64,000 nt of DNA from Octopus sinensis (GCF_006345805.1 NC_043004.1:11222001-11286000); one strand, 5' to 3'; positions 1 to 12,669 are shown, counted from the first letter of the stretch. The notes: generated by a model not told the origin, from the letters alone. Made by a program: numbers and translations.

Positions 1-370
1 TCGGTGCATACTGGCATTGAATGTTGCATAGCCACTTTCAGACAGCACTTGCTAAACAACAGCAGGAAAAAATAAATACATTCACTTAATACTGAAAAGT
101 GAAAGATACAATATTCTACGTGCTGGATGTGTGCACCTCGGGAAGTACTCTTTTCCTGATGATCTCCCTTATAAACCCAAATCAGCTGGACTAGCATACC
201 CCCAAAATCATGCATGGGTATATTTCTCGTAGACTGGAAGAAGATAGTAACATTGACATGAAGAGAAACCTCGCCTGGATTCGTGACCGCTACATCACAC
301 ACACTGCGGAAGTTATGCAGTTGCAATCCATGTACAGAAGATTGTTACTGAATACCTAATCAACAAAAAA
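1..370 (+). mobile_element. Decayed Dong/R4-like (RLE-type) non-LTR retrotransposon fragment, region downstream of RT
   Basis: With one frameshift, about 210-370 reads MHGYISRRLEEDSNIDMKRNLAWIRDRYITHTAE/xYAVAIHVQKIVTEYLINKK. This resembles the 'HG..D..W....EG..AIQEQEI.T.Y' block of R4/Dong ORFs. Confidence 0.55.
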
Positions 371-465
371 GAGATAGATAGATTGGTAGAAAGGTAGATT
401 ATGTGTGTATATATATATATATATATATTTATATCAAGCAAATAACGAGGATGCCCGGACATCAG

Positions 466-552
466 TGCATTACGGCCGTTTCAAGTGGCTCCATTTAATC
501 GATAAATGGAAACATTACATCAATTTGAAATAAACCACCCTCCTCGGATGCA
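466..552 (-). ncRNA. Minimal type-I hammerhead ribozyme motif (core variant CCGAGGA)
   Basis: Minus strand: UGCAU-CCGAGGA-GGGUGGUU...GAGCCACUU-GAAA-CGGCCG-UA-AUGCA. Helix I is perfect, helix II is long, helix III is palindromic. Confidence 0.75.
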
Positions 553-700
553 AGCGACCATATATATTTCCAACATACAGGATACACCATTATAATTTTT
601 TAGCAAATTTTTTATCAGTACTACAGACTAAAATAATTACATTGTTTCTCTTTGTTATTATTGTGGCAGTTTTTTCTGTTGACTTCTATGTACAGGAATG

Positions 701-761
701 TCTTCCTGAAGAGAAGAATGGATCCATTTTTGGTTCGTAACTTCGAAATTGGAATAGAGGG
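701..761 (+). ncRNA. Minimal type-I hammerhead ribozyme motif (canonical core)
   Basis: UCUUC-CUGAAGA-GAAG...CUUC-GAAA-UUGGAA-UA-GAGGG. Helix I pairs with GU wobbles; helix III is one change from the palindrome UUCGAA. Confidence 0.6.
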
Positions 762-1081
762 CTAACCATTTATTTTTATTTAAATTTTGGTTTCTTATGT
801 CATGTCGCTCGCCGACAGCATTTATAGTTGAGAAGATTGAAAATGAGTGGTTACAGTGTTTTTATAACGGTTTTGACTGCTATTTCTAGGCATGTAAGTG
901 TTTTTATAACCCGGTCCGTTATAATTGTGATTTATTCACAATTATATGCTCTTCTTTGTTGAAACAAACTTTTGATTGCATGTTCTGGACACTGATATAC
1001 TCATAAATAATTTTGAATGTTTTACGATATATCGTAGTAATGTACTTCTACATTCATTCCTCTTTCATATATATATATATA

Positions 1082-1235
1082 TATATTATATAGAGGGTAC
1101 TATTATTCATAGGTACCGCACGCTAGGAGGGACTTTTGCAGTCAAAACTACTAAAAGAACTTTTAATAGTTTTGACTGCAAAAGTCCCTCATAGCGTGCG
1201 GTACCTATGAATAATAGTACCCTCTATATAATATA
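1082..1235. repeat. Near-perfect 154-bp palindrome (76-bp arms, 2-nt loop)
   Basis: Arms 1082-1157 and 1160-1235 are reverse complements with 2 mismatches. The element adjoins an (AT)n tract. Confidence 0.95.
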
Positions 1236-1338
1236 AATAAATATTTTCAAAGTGGAAAATTTACAGATTTTTTCTCTTACGAGGCTTTTCACGCTAACTA
1301 CAGATAGTTTCTTATAAAGATTTTATCCTTAATTTTAA

Positions 1339-1388
<50 letters not shown>

Positions 1389-2024
1389 GTATGTATGTAT
1401 GTATGTATGTATGTATGTATATTGATAAGTAGATAAATCTATATATCGTTATTTACATGTGCATATATTTTCTCCACATGTCTTCTACCTTTCACTGTTT
1501 CTCTTTCTTCTTTTTACCCCCTATACACTCGCACATGCACTGGCAATTCACTTGATGATCGTGTTTTGAAAATCAAATGTGTATCTCACGCAAGAAGTCA
1601 CAAAAATCACAAGTGCAAGAAAGGTGTGGTTTTATTTTCCATGATTTAGAATGGATGAAAAATTTGCTGACACTTAATATTGACGCGCAATCTCATATTT
1701 ATTTGATGGCGGGAATAGTGGAGTATATTGGTCACAATATTCTCTGATGTTTATTTTAGCAACATCCGAATACTGAACAGCAAGATTGAAGTTGGTGTTA
1801 ATTGTGCTCCGGGTAAAAATGTTACACAAGGAGGATACTATAGAATGTATCGTTTTAAGCTCTGTCGTCTCCTTCAACGTAAAACCGCGATGTTTTAAAT
1901 TCATATCGTTACACTAGCTTAATGAAATAAAGTATGTGTATGTAAGTTTATGTGTAGATATTAAATATTCTATTTATGTGTGTATTCATACATACATAGT
2001 TCCACACACACAACACACACACCA

Positions 2025-2096
<72 letters not shown>

Positions 2097-2205
2097 TGTG
2101 TGTAAATTTAAAATAATAGGGGTGAAAAATTGATTATTAATTGATTAATATCAATATAAAACCAGTGGTTAAGCATATAGAAAAATCTGAAGATTCAGAA
2201 AATTA

Positions 2206-2352
2206 TATTACATACATATAAGAGGGATGACCACTAAGTGGATATCCGTATGCGAGAAGTCGCGCCCCCTCACTATGGTCTTAACTAAGAGAAAGAATGT
2301 TCTCTTTCTTGAGAACATTCCTTTCTTAGTGGTCATCCCTCTTATATGTATG

Positions 2353-2357
<5 letters not shown>
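2206..2357. repeat. Asymmetric fold-back: 33-bp inverted arms plus an inner hairpin
   Basis: TATTACATACATATAAGAGGGATGACCACTAAG (2206-2238) is inverted at 2325-2357. Inner hairpin GAATGTTCTC/GAGAACATTC lies at 2295-2320. Confidence 0.85.
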
Positions 2358-2392
<35 letters not shown>

Positions 2393-3483
2393 CACAAACA
2401 CACCACGTATGATGTAAAATTATATAATATATATAATATATATATAGTATATATATACTTATATATACAGGAGAAACAGAAAGGGAGAGAGGGAGACAAA
2501 GGCACACAGGCAGACCGACAGACAAACGGAGACAGAACCAGAGAGAGAAGTGTGTTCGTATTTTCCATCCACAGTAATACTGTAATAAAATTACCTAAGC
2601 GCTGTGTACTATGGATAGATTAAATGTTTTGCAAGTAATTATAATCCCTGCTTACAGAATTAAGTTTCACATTCTAATCATGCGCATATCTATATATGCA
2701 TACTCACACGAATATGTACATGCGTACAGACATACATATTGATGTATACGTATGTATTTATGTATGTATGTACGTGTCTGTGTACTTATGTCTATATGTA
2801 ATTTTGGTTGTTGGTATGCGTGTATCTATGTATGTGTACGTTGATAATGGATTCATAAACCAAAATGTTATTCAATGAATTAGATTGTAGTGCAACATCG
2901 AGTTTTAATAAAGAAGCGTGCCTGCCTATCACATGATACATTGGCTTAAAGAAGCGAGCGAAATCATCCGACTTATTGTTGGGAGAAATAGAATCACAAT
3001 AATAACAATATTAGGTCAAATCCATATTTTTACTGCAATCAAACTATACGATGTAGTAAATATATTTCTTTTTCCAAAAAACTGACTTAGGTTTCAAAGT
3101 AAAAATGTTTGCGAGTGTTTTAGACATTGCTAGAGTACACGTGCCGGCATCATATGAAATATGCAAACAACTAGCAACCAACAAATTAAATAATAAATAC
3201 AGCATCGTGAAACCTTGCGCTGTTAAACAATCTCAACGTGTCTTTTGATGCTTTCAGCGAGGCTTATTCACTGACACACAAGATCCATGGTTGTTTTCTT
3301 ACACAAACCTCATTTTCTTTTTACAGTTTTCTTTTTCTTTTGGCGGTCCTTGGTAGTGAGACATTGTCCAGATGATCCCGCTGGGCGGTAGACCAGTAAA
3401 TCTCACAGGACCGGGGTGGGGGGAACCTACAAAGTTGGTGATTATTGCTCCATTGGTTAATTTGTAAAAAAGAAAATACACTC

Positions 3484-3514
<31 letters not shown>

Positions 3515-3515
<1 letters not shown>

Positions 3516-4499
3516 CTATATATATAAAACTGAGAATGTGTGTCTGTCTGTCTGTCTGTGTGTGTGTGTTTCCCTAAAACTTGAGAACTACACAAGCCTT
3601 ACTTAGAGTCCATGTAGTTTCATGGGCAAAAGAATGTTCAACTTCTTGCCTAGAGCGAGCCCATAGCAATATCATATCTTCACTATTTCAGTATTACGTG
3701 TTAAAAGTGAAGCAAAAACTCTTCTCTATTTTATGTCAGATACTTTCACTTTAACAATAAAAATAATAATAACAATTGAATTATATGTAGTAAGTAATAA
3801 TTAAAATCAAACTAAAGTATAATATAATCGTAACATAACAAAAGTAAAAATAGCAATTGGTATAAAATTGCATCAATGACTTGAACTTGAATAAGTGGAT
3901 TCACATGAAGGGGAATAAATTAAAATAAAATTAATGCGCAGAAATGGAATAGTCCATTAAATTAAAGAAAAGACTATTGTCAATAAAGTATACAATGTAG
4001 AGAAAAAAAAAGGATTTGAAAACCTGAAGGAAAGCACCATCGAAAAGTGTCTTGGTGCGAGTATGAAAGATATCAGGTATCTAACCAAAGGCGGTAAATT
4101 CGCCACAATAGAAGCAAGGTTCGAGTCAACGGAGCGTGCAAGGGAGTAATCGACTCGAACATTGCAAAGTGGAAATATTTTATTTTTACCTTTATATCTG
4201 GGACGTAGGACGTCCCGGATAAAAATTAAAAATTTCCCCTCAGAAGTAGAGGTAGGCTGGATTGTAGCCACACTTCTATACAAGAGGGAGGACAAGATAC
4301 AAATGATCGAAATTGCAAGAGACCGGCCTACAATTCCGGTCTGTTATATATTTTGAGTATTGTTATCACTAGCGATATCAAGATATAACTTTGTATTTTG
4401 TATTTTATGTGTAGATGTATATATATAAATGTACACATATATATACACATATATACACACCTAGCAATGTGACTCGGCAGCACCAGGTCATAATGCTAG
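3515..4499 (+). mobile_element. Possible non-autonomous Helitron-like element (5' TC...; 3' hairpin-CTAG)
   Basis: 5' A|TCTATATATATAAAA followed by (TGTC)n. 3' GACTCGGCAGCACCAGGTC hairpin then ATAATGCTAG|T, similar to the end at 57761. That the two ends belong together is inferred. Confidence 0.4.
3944..4335 (+). mobile_element. Tx1/L1-like LINE ORF1 (gag-like) fragment, pseudogenised
   Basis: Reads EKTIVNKVYNVEKKKGFENLKESTIEKCLG...ARFESTERARE*STRTLQSGNILFLPLYLGRRTSRIKIKNFPSEVEVGWIVATLLY with an internal stop; an RRM-like ORF1 pattern. Confidence 0.55.
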
Positions 4500-4569
<70 letters not shown>

Positions 4570-4803
4570 TAATTTAAGATTAGGTAGGGTATATACTACC
4601 ACTTGCTAAAATCAGGTCCAATGGTCTAAAAACCACCATAAAAATTACGATAAAGTTACATACGAGCAATGCAATGAACATTTAAAAAATAGGATTACCC
4701 TTGCTTTGAATACATAGAATACGTACATACATACATACATACATACATACATACACACATATATACACACATACATACATACATACATACATACATACAT
4801 ACA

Positions 4804-4838
<35 letters not shown>

Positions 4839-5126
4839 CCAGAAATTTTATATTTAAAAAAAATTTGGATGAAGCTGTTTTATGAAGTTTATCTATATTG
4901 TCGTTGAAAGCTCGAAACAAGGAGTAATTAACAGTCGAAAACTGAGGTGGGGTCAGACGTCTTTTGGCATTTTGTCCCGTACTTGTCTCTCATTATGTCT
5001 TTACGCATTTTTCACACGTAGCTGATGTCCCATTCTTATCGTATATTTTTTGGTAATTTGTGCTCTACTTATCGCTGGTTTGTCTACGTAATTTTCACTC
5101 GTTGGTGATATCCTGGACTTGATGTA

Positions 5127-5164
<38 letters not shown>

Positions 5165-5745
5165 ATATATATATATATAGATATATATATATATATATAT
5201 ATATATTACAGACAGACACATATATGTATATACATACAGACATACATATATGTATATATATATGCATGTGTGTGTGTCTTTCTTTTTCTGTTTGTCCTTC
5301 ATTGATTGACAACAGGTTTTGGTATGTTTATGTTCCCATAACTTAGAGGTTCGATAAAAGAGAGACAGAAACAAGAACTACTAGGCTTGAAAGTGCTGGA
5401 ATTAATTTATTCGACTGATCTCTGTCAAGGCATTAATCCAGCATGGCTGCAGTCCAATGACCAAAACGAGTAAAATTCAAAGTATAAAAGAAACACATAG
5501 ACACACACACTCACAGACATTCATATTTACATAAATCTAATTATTATATAATTATATTGTATAAACGATTACTTTGCACTGATGTAAACATAATAAATAG
5601 AAAATAAGCGCTTGGCCTCTCTCATTTAATGATACATACGAAATTATATAGTTATGCAGTTAATGAATACTAATACGAACCAGTTGTGTAATATTTACAT
5701 GCACACGCACCATCGTAGACAATACGTACATATACATACATACTT

Positions 5746-5825
<80 letters not shown>

Positions 5826-5834
5826 CATACATAC

Positions 5835-5878
<44 letters not shown>

Positions 5879-5913
5879 ATATTATATATATACAAACACA
5901 GCGAGAAAGCCTC

Positions 5914-5952
<39 letters not shown>

Positions 5953-6261
5953 AAGCAAGTGGGAGAACGACAAAGATATACAGCTTCATATGAGTATGAT
6001 TCAATTCAGTTGTTAATTTGCCAGATTTTTCAGATGTCTGATATCGGCAATGGTGGGAAGAATATCGCATGTTGAGTAGCGGTTATATCATATTGCATTC
6101 TTTCAATGTGAAACTGCTGCAGTATGGGCTTTATATTTACGAGTTTGAAGAAAATTTTGGGATCTGTGAGTATCGGTTATTACGCTTCTTAATAGTTCTT
6201 CATTTCCTCACGAAGAATTAAATAGATTGAGAATATTCCATAATTATATAACGTTATAAAG

Positions 6262-6447
6262 GTGTTGAGGTGGCAGAGTCGTTACCACACCGTGCAAAAC
6301 GCTTAGAAGTATTTCGTTCGCTGTTTATGTTCTCAGTTCAAACTCCGCTGAGATCGGCTTTGCCTTTCATTTATTCGAGGTCGATGTAATCAATTTTTTC
6401 CCCTTCCTCCGATATTGCTAGTCTGGTGCCGAAATTTGAAACCAATA
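6262..6447 (+). mobile_element. SINE family A, old diverged copy
   Basis: Matches the family A head and central domain (TTTGCCTTTCAT...GGTCGAT), with tail ...AAATTTGAAACC. Confidence 0.75.
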
Positions 6448-6504
6448 TGTAATGCTATAGTATCGGCATCGGTGTTCATGGGATTAGCAATATAATCATG
6501 GCAC

Positions 6505-6982
6505 TCTGTCGGTTTCGACGACGAGAGGTTCCAGTTGATCAGATCAACGGAACTGCCTGCTCGTGAAATTAACGTATAAATAGCTGAGCACTCCACAGTC
6601 ACGTCTACCCTTAACTTAGTTAAGCTCTTTGAAATACAGGTACAACAGAAACAGGAATAAAGAGTGAGAGTACAGCAAGACTCACCACCACCACCTGCTT
6701 GAGGCTCGTGGAGCTTTAGATGTTTTCGCTCTACACATAAAATACAAAATACAAAGTTATATCTTGATATCGCTAGTGATAACAATACTCAAAATATATA
6801 ACAGACTGGAATTGTAGGCCCGTCTCTTGCAATTTCGATCAATCGTATCTTGTCCTCCCTCTTGTATAGAAGTGTGGCTACAATCCAGCCTACCTCTACT
6901 TCAGAGGGGACATTTTAAATTTTTATCCGGGACGTCCTACGAAACCACGAGTCTGCTGCCCTAACCACTGGGTCATTGCGCC
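6505..6982 (-). mobile_element. SINE family C copy interrupted by a 210-bp templated insertion (6730-6941)
   Basis: Head GGCGCAATGACCCAGTGGTTAGGGCAGCAGACTCG at 6982-6942; body colinear with the copy at 32168-32556. Confidence 0.85.
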
Positions 6983-7348
6983 ACAATAGGAATATAATAT
7001 GTAGAGATGCTATTAGTGTTTCTATCTGTTGCTTTTGTGCATATCTCGTGTTTATATCTACTTCTTTATTTTAACAATCTCTGAAAATTATTTCCGTGCA
7101 CCCACTTTAATACTGAGTTTACCATTTTAACATTTGAACGAATCCAGTCACAAGTATGTCTGCAACTTGCCGAAAGGCAGAAAATACATTTGCTGGAAAA
7201 CATATTTCCACTTTCATCATTAGCGCGTTCAAAGTTTTCTGTTGTCTCTTTGCTTCGCCATCTTCTGCCGACAAAAGAAAGCATGGAAGTTGATAAGTTT
7301 GAAGTACATGTTGTTATCAGTTGTATATAACTTCTAAGTTAAGGTGAT

Positions 7349-7763
7349 ATTGGTTTCAAATTTAAGCACAAGAGGGGCTAAGTAGATTAAATCGACCCCA
7401 GGGTTCATGCGGTACGTATTTTATCAGCCTCGAAATGAACGGTAAAGAGGTCCATAGCAGAATTTGAACTCAGAACTTGAATATAGACGCAATACCGCTT
7501 GGTATTTTGCACGGTGTGCTAATGATTCAGCTAGGTTGAAGGAAATATTCTTTCCTACTCTAGGCACAAAGCCCAGAATTTTGGGGGAGTAGGGGCCCAA
7601 TCGATTAGATCGACTCCAATACGCAACTGGTACTTAATTTATTGACCCTCATAAGATGAAAGGCAAAGTCGTCCCCGCGGAATTTGAACTCAGAACGTAA
7701 AGACAGACGAAATACCGCTAAGCTTTTAGGCCAGCGTGCTAAGGTTTCTACTAACTCGTCGTC
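7349..7763 (-). mobile_element. Two adjacent SINE family A copies
   Basis: Two repeats of the A domain. The second copy (7550-7763) is flanked by TSD TTGAAGGAAATATT at 7536 and 7769. Confidence 0.85.
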
Positions 7764-8146
7764 TTAGCTTGAAGGAAATATTAACTGACATACATAATAA
7801 CACGGCGTTTTTGAATCTCGGCTATAATCACCGCCTTCACCTAGTGGCCATGAAAGTAATGAAATAAACGAGATCATTTATTTGTTATAGTATCAAAACA
7901 CATTTTGTTAGAGAGTATATAACTCAGTGACACCATTACTACTTCGGTAAGCAACTAAGCGATTGTTTTCCAAATATATAACGACCCTGAGTTTCTTATT
8001 CTATTAATGATTCTATGTAGTTCAGGCTTCTACTATTACAGTATTTGTTACATATTTAGTAACATATTACTTCGGAAAGAGCAATGCTTTGCTGATGATA
8101 TCACAAAAAGACCAACAAATGTTCGCAGTTAGTATTTCCTGTACTT

Positions 8147-8540
8147 CAGAAACGTTAGCATGCCGGGCGAAATGCTTAGCGGTATTTCGTCTGCCGTTAT
8201 GTTCTGAGTTCAAATTCCTCCAAGGTCAACTTTGCCTTTCATCCTTTCGGGGTCGATAAATTAAGTACCAGTTATGCACTGATATAATCGACTTAATCCG
8301 TCTGTCTGTCCTTAATCCGTCTGTCTGTCTCCTCTGTGTTTAGCCCCTTGTGGGTAGTAAAGAAATAGGTAATTCGTCTCTCTTTATGTTCTGAGTTCAA
8401 ATTCCACCTTTCCTCCTTTCATCTTTGCCTTTCATCCTTTCGAGGTCGACAAATTAAGTACCATTTCCGTACTGGGGTCGATCTAAGCTACTGGCTCGCT
8501 TCCCAAAAATTTCGGGCCTTGTACCTAGAGTAGAAAAGAA
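8147..8540 (+). mobile_element. Dimeric SINE family A (Tx1-like-tail unit plus headless unit)
   Basis: Unit 1 ends GTAAAGAAATA at 8367 and unit 2 starts GGTAATTCGTC. TSD TATTTCCTGT lies at 8133 and 8541. Confidence 0.85.
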
Positions 8541-8959
8541 TATTTCCTGTGTTTCTCGAAATAATTTAAATATTTATAATTAATTTTACATTGTAGTACA
8601 ATTAATTCTAGTTGACCTTTTCATTACTGATTGCATTCACTATATTAATTAAATATCGTGATTAATTTCGGTGAGAATGTTACCATTGACCTAATTTCAT
8701 TAAACCATTATCTTACTTTGGCCAATGCGTAAAAATGAAATAATTAAAAGAAGTAACATATACTCTCAGAGCCAAAGTTTCTTTTCTTCAAACTGTAAAA
8801 TTTCTGCAAACATTTGAATTAAATTCGCACAGTTGCCTTTAATTCGTTGCTTCAGCAACCCATGAAATAGTTGGGCTTTGAGCAAGATTATGAACAACTC
8901 CAAGAGAGATGAAAACAATCACGTCTGAAGCTGGTATTGAAGCAGAACATGATAGTTAA

Positions 8960-9315
8960 AGCGAAGTATTTAACGTGTGTAGCAAGCACATTTTGTTCGA
9001 TCGAGTGTGGAGGTCGGAGGTTCTGTAGACAATCAAATACTGACGTAATCTTACTTTAAACGATTGAGAGTGGAGCTTCGCCAGTGTCCGCGTTCAAGAA
9101 CCGGTAGGGAGTGTGCGCAGTAGATCATAGTCGGTTCGGAGGAGACTGTGAATACAAAACAGTAACTTAGAGCAATTGACGGAAGGGCATCACCAGGAAT
9201 GAAGCCTGGGGCTTGAAGTAACTTAACACAGGAAAACTCACTTGATTCGGTGGGTGGTGGAGCATAGTTGTTTATTTTGTTGATGATGTGATCCGTCTGG
9301 CTGGTTTCGATGATG
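8960..9315 (+). pseudogene. Degraded 18S rRNA fragment (central-to-3' portion) with an internal deletion
   Basis: Colinear 18S hallmarks: GTCGGAGGTTC..AGACAATCAAATAC, AATTGACGGAAGGGCATCACCAGGA, AACACAGGAAAACTCAC, TTGATTCGGTGGGTGGTGG. Many substitutions. Confidence 0.85.
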
Positions 9316-9538
9316 CGCTGACTAACACATGCGATTTATGCATTAGAACAAAACCCAAGTGCGAGAAACTGAATGAAATCCGAAATTATGAGATGGTAAA
9401 ATTGACCTTGTCAGCACCAACATCATAGGATGTAAATCCTGCAATGCCATGATTGTCTGTAGGTACCATATTTGCACCTTTAAGAATTGTTATTATCATC
9501 GCTGCATTCAGCTTCTCGCAGCGGTCCATCGGTATATA

Positions 9539-9775
9539 CAGGGCGACCCAAAAGTAGGTTTACACTTATCACGTGGGCAATTTAAATTTCTTTTTAAACA
9601 TTTTATTACATTTAAATTTCTATCTTAGAAACTGAAAAGGGAGCAAGACAATATTAACTAAATTAGCATAGAATAATGGTTTCATATATTTATTTATAAT
9701 TAAGACCTATACTGTTAATATATTAATGCGAAAGTGAAAGTTGAATAAATGTAAATCTACTCTTGGGCCACTCTG
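9539..9775. mobile_element. Tc1/mariner-superfamily MITE
   Basis: ~26-bp TIRs CAGGGCGACCCAAAAGTAGGTTTACA / TGTAAATCTACTCTTGGGCCACTCTG, flanked by TA on both sides. Confidence 0.8.
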
Positions 9776-10102
9776 TAGTTGTGCTGGGGTTTTTGCAGGA
9801 GAAGACAATGAGTGTATATACAGAATTTTACAAACGGGAGGGACGATTTCGTGGAGATAAATTATCATTTCAGTTATGTTTGCTTCTGTTATAATAATGT
9901 GTTCAGTCGCTGAGAAAGTTCTTGACCGATAAATTACATATCATTGAACGAAATATGTATAAGCAAATATAGTAAACTACTAAGAATATCATGAATAGCA
10001 CATGTGTAGACGATGAAATAGTAAAAGTGACCAGATCAAACATAATTTTCTTCGAAACCATGACAGAATTAATTGGTAAAACTGGTTTATTCAAATAATT
10101 TA

Positions 10103-10871
10103 TGTTTCTTTATTAGCCACACATGACTGAACACAGACGGGACAAATTACAAGGTAGAGCTTTTCTTTTTGGGGAGAAAAAATAAGTGGGGTAGGTTTTC
10201 GATCAAAAAGGATCGTATAAAGGAAAGAAAAGAAAAAAAAACAATCAATAGGGATCGTGTATCACAGAAATGTCATGATATAAAGTGTAAAGGAGGAAAC
10301 AGATAAGGTTTACCGTGGAAGGAAAAGCCTACGGAAAAGACTACGGTAACCTCGGTCAATAATGTCACATGTTAACATATTTATTTGCAAGTAAGTAACT
10401 CTCTATTTTAAATTTTTCCGGGTTCATAGGATCATACTCAAGGTGGCTTCATCTTTCATACGTGTCATTCTTGCTACATTCACCCATCTTTTTTTGAAAC
10501 ATTTGCTAGACAAAGCTTGCCTCTCTACTCTTACGTTCCTTTTCAAGTGATACTTGAAGAAGTTGATGAGAGATTGACCAGAGAGGAAACTGCTTGTCTC
10601 TAATCCTTTCAGATGTGTCCACCAGATACATTCTTTCGCCATAGCCACAAGTCTGATGAAAATAGCTCTTCCTACCCGTTTGATCGAAGGAGGCATGACG
10701 ATATTGACGATGGACTTGGCTGATAAACCGACAGCAGTCGTTCGACATAAGCCCACAGGTCGGAAATGGTTGGACAATGCATGAGTGCGTGCAGAAGGGT
10801 TTCGTCGCTCTCACCGCATCTCAGGCAGGTTGGACCCGTGTTTCTCGAGCCGTGTCTGTAGAGCTTATCCC
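10103..10871 (-). mobile_element. Tx1/L1-like LINE 3' end (C-terminal CCHC/zf-RVT region plus 3' UTR)
   Basis: Colinear with 54223-55186. Peptide GLSAKSIVNIVMPPSIKRVGRAIFIRLVAMAKECIWW; 3' end ...GCTAATAAAGAAACA. Confidence 0.85.
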
Positions 10872-11068
10872 TTAAATGTCAAACTGTATGGTAAGAATAG
10901 AAAAACCACGAATTACGCGAACGCGCAATATAAACACCCGAAAGGACTTCAGAGTACAGAGCAATCCAAATGGAAACCCATGTCATGCAAGCCGCTGAGA
11001 GCAGAAAATACCTCCTCATGTTGATCATGATGATATAGGTCTGAGTCCGTGTATAGCTATTTTACTGA

Positions 11069-11114
<46 letters not shown>

Positions 11115-11159
11115 GTGTGTGTGTGTGGTGTGGTGTGTGTGTGTGTGTGTGAATATATG

Positions 11160-11190
<31 letters not shown>

Positions 11191-11260
11191 TTTTTCCGGA
11201 GAACGGGAACGTGGAACTGAGTAACAGTTTATGTGATATTTTTGCTGCTTTTTAATAAAG

Positions 11261-11296
<36 letters not shown>

Positions 11297-11802
11297 AGTG
11301 TGTGTGTGTGTGTGCGTGCGTATGTATAGACGTTTGTGTGTGAGTTAAAAATAAAGTATATACACACATACACTTACATATACATACATTGAATCAACTC
11401 GGACCTTCCTTCGAACGCCTGGTAAAAAGTAGTAAGAGAAAGTGTTAGCATAAATGTCACAGAATGAAGTATCGGAAATTTGAGAAATACAGATGTAAAA
11501 ACTTACACACTGTAAAGGACAAAAGAAAAAAACTGCTGAAGCGACTGATACATCGAACTCTACCATACCGCTCTATATCAAACTATCTACAAAAAAGTTC
11601 ATAAAGTCGTAAATACTACAAATATATGTTGGTATCACTGAAAAACGTCGCCATTGTTTTTATTTAAGAATTTATAATCCGAAATATTTTAACTTAAGTC
11701 GAAAGTCTAAATCTTTGTAATTATATTTTTGCTGTTATGTTTTTATGTATTGCATTGTAGCGAGAGTTAATAGATGTTATTTATAGATATATATATATAT
11801 AT

Positions 11803-11842
<40 letters not shown>

Positions 11843-11911
11843 TATGTATATATGTGACCGCGTGTGTATCGTTGGCGATTTTCTTCTTCCGTCTTCCTTT
11901 CATTTTTCTAT

Positions 11912-11946
11912 GTTTCTGACGAAGAGCTCCACTCGAAACATTAAAT
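11912..11946 (+). ncRNA. Minimal hammerhead motif in a ~200-bp Penelope-LTR-like cassette (11846-12046)
   Basis: GUUU-CUGACGA-A-GAG-CUCCA-CUC-GAAA-CA-UU-AAAU. The cassette is flanked by (AT)n and is in the same family as 12680-12870 and 60810-61020. Confidence 0.65.
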
Positions 11947-12058
11947 CCTCCTTCTTTCTTTCCTTTCCTGAGCGTCCAGTAACACTATACTTGTTCCACG
12001 TCCTTGCGTTGTTGCGTTTTTTCTTTGTGTTTTCATGTCTGGATTAACTATATATATA

Positions 12059-12097
<39 letters not shown>

Positions 12098-12612
12098 TGC
12101 ACACACACACACATATATATATACACATGCATACATATATATATATAGAGAGAGAGACAAATGGAGAGACAGACAGACAGACAGACAGATAGGCAAACAG
12201 ACAATGAGATAGATAGATAGTAAACAACAAAAATAGAAAACAGGACAAGTAAACACACAGAAAGGACCCTTCATCAGTTGTCGGCTGTTTATCTACTCCT
12301 CATTTCGGGCATTCAGCGGCAGTTTGAGTCTTCCAAGATAGTTGGTCCCATGAATTCTAAAATAAAATTCAGGATTTATGGAGTGTCAAAGTTGGGAACA
12401 AAAAATATGACACTGGAGACATACAAGGAAACGGAACGAAAAAACAGTTGGAGGGTCATTAGACCAGAACGAGAGAAAAATAGTGAACTCTGTGAGAAAC
12501 TTTTTTTTTTGAAAAGAGAAATGTCAGAAGAGAATGTAGGTATATATATATATATATATATACATAGATCAAATATAAATTTAAATATACGTATATATAC
12601 ATATAATTACGT

Positions 12613-12669
<57 letters not shown>

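Noticed and set aside
4204-6941. Chromosomal inversion or large TIR element bounded by the 210-bp inverted repeats
   Set aside because: The family C SINE is colinear across the right copy, which fits insertion rather than inversion; there is no TSD or transposon-like terminus.
11400-11600. Possible RTE ORF C-terminal remnant
   Set aside because: Similarity is too weak to support from sequence alone.
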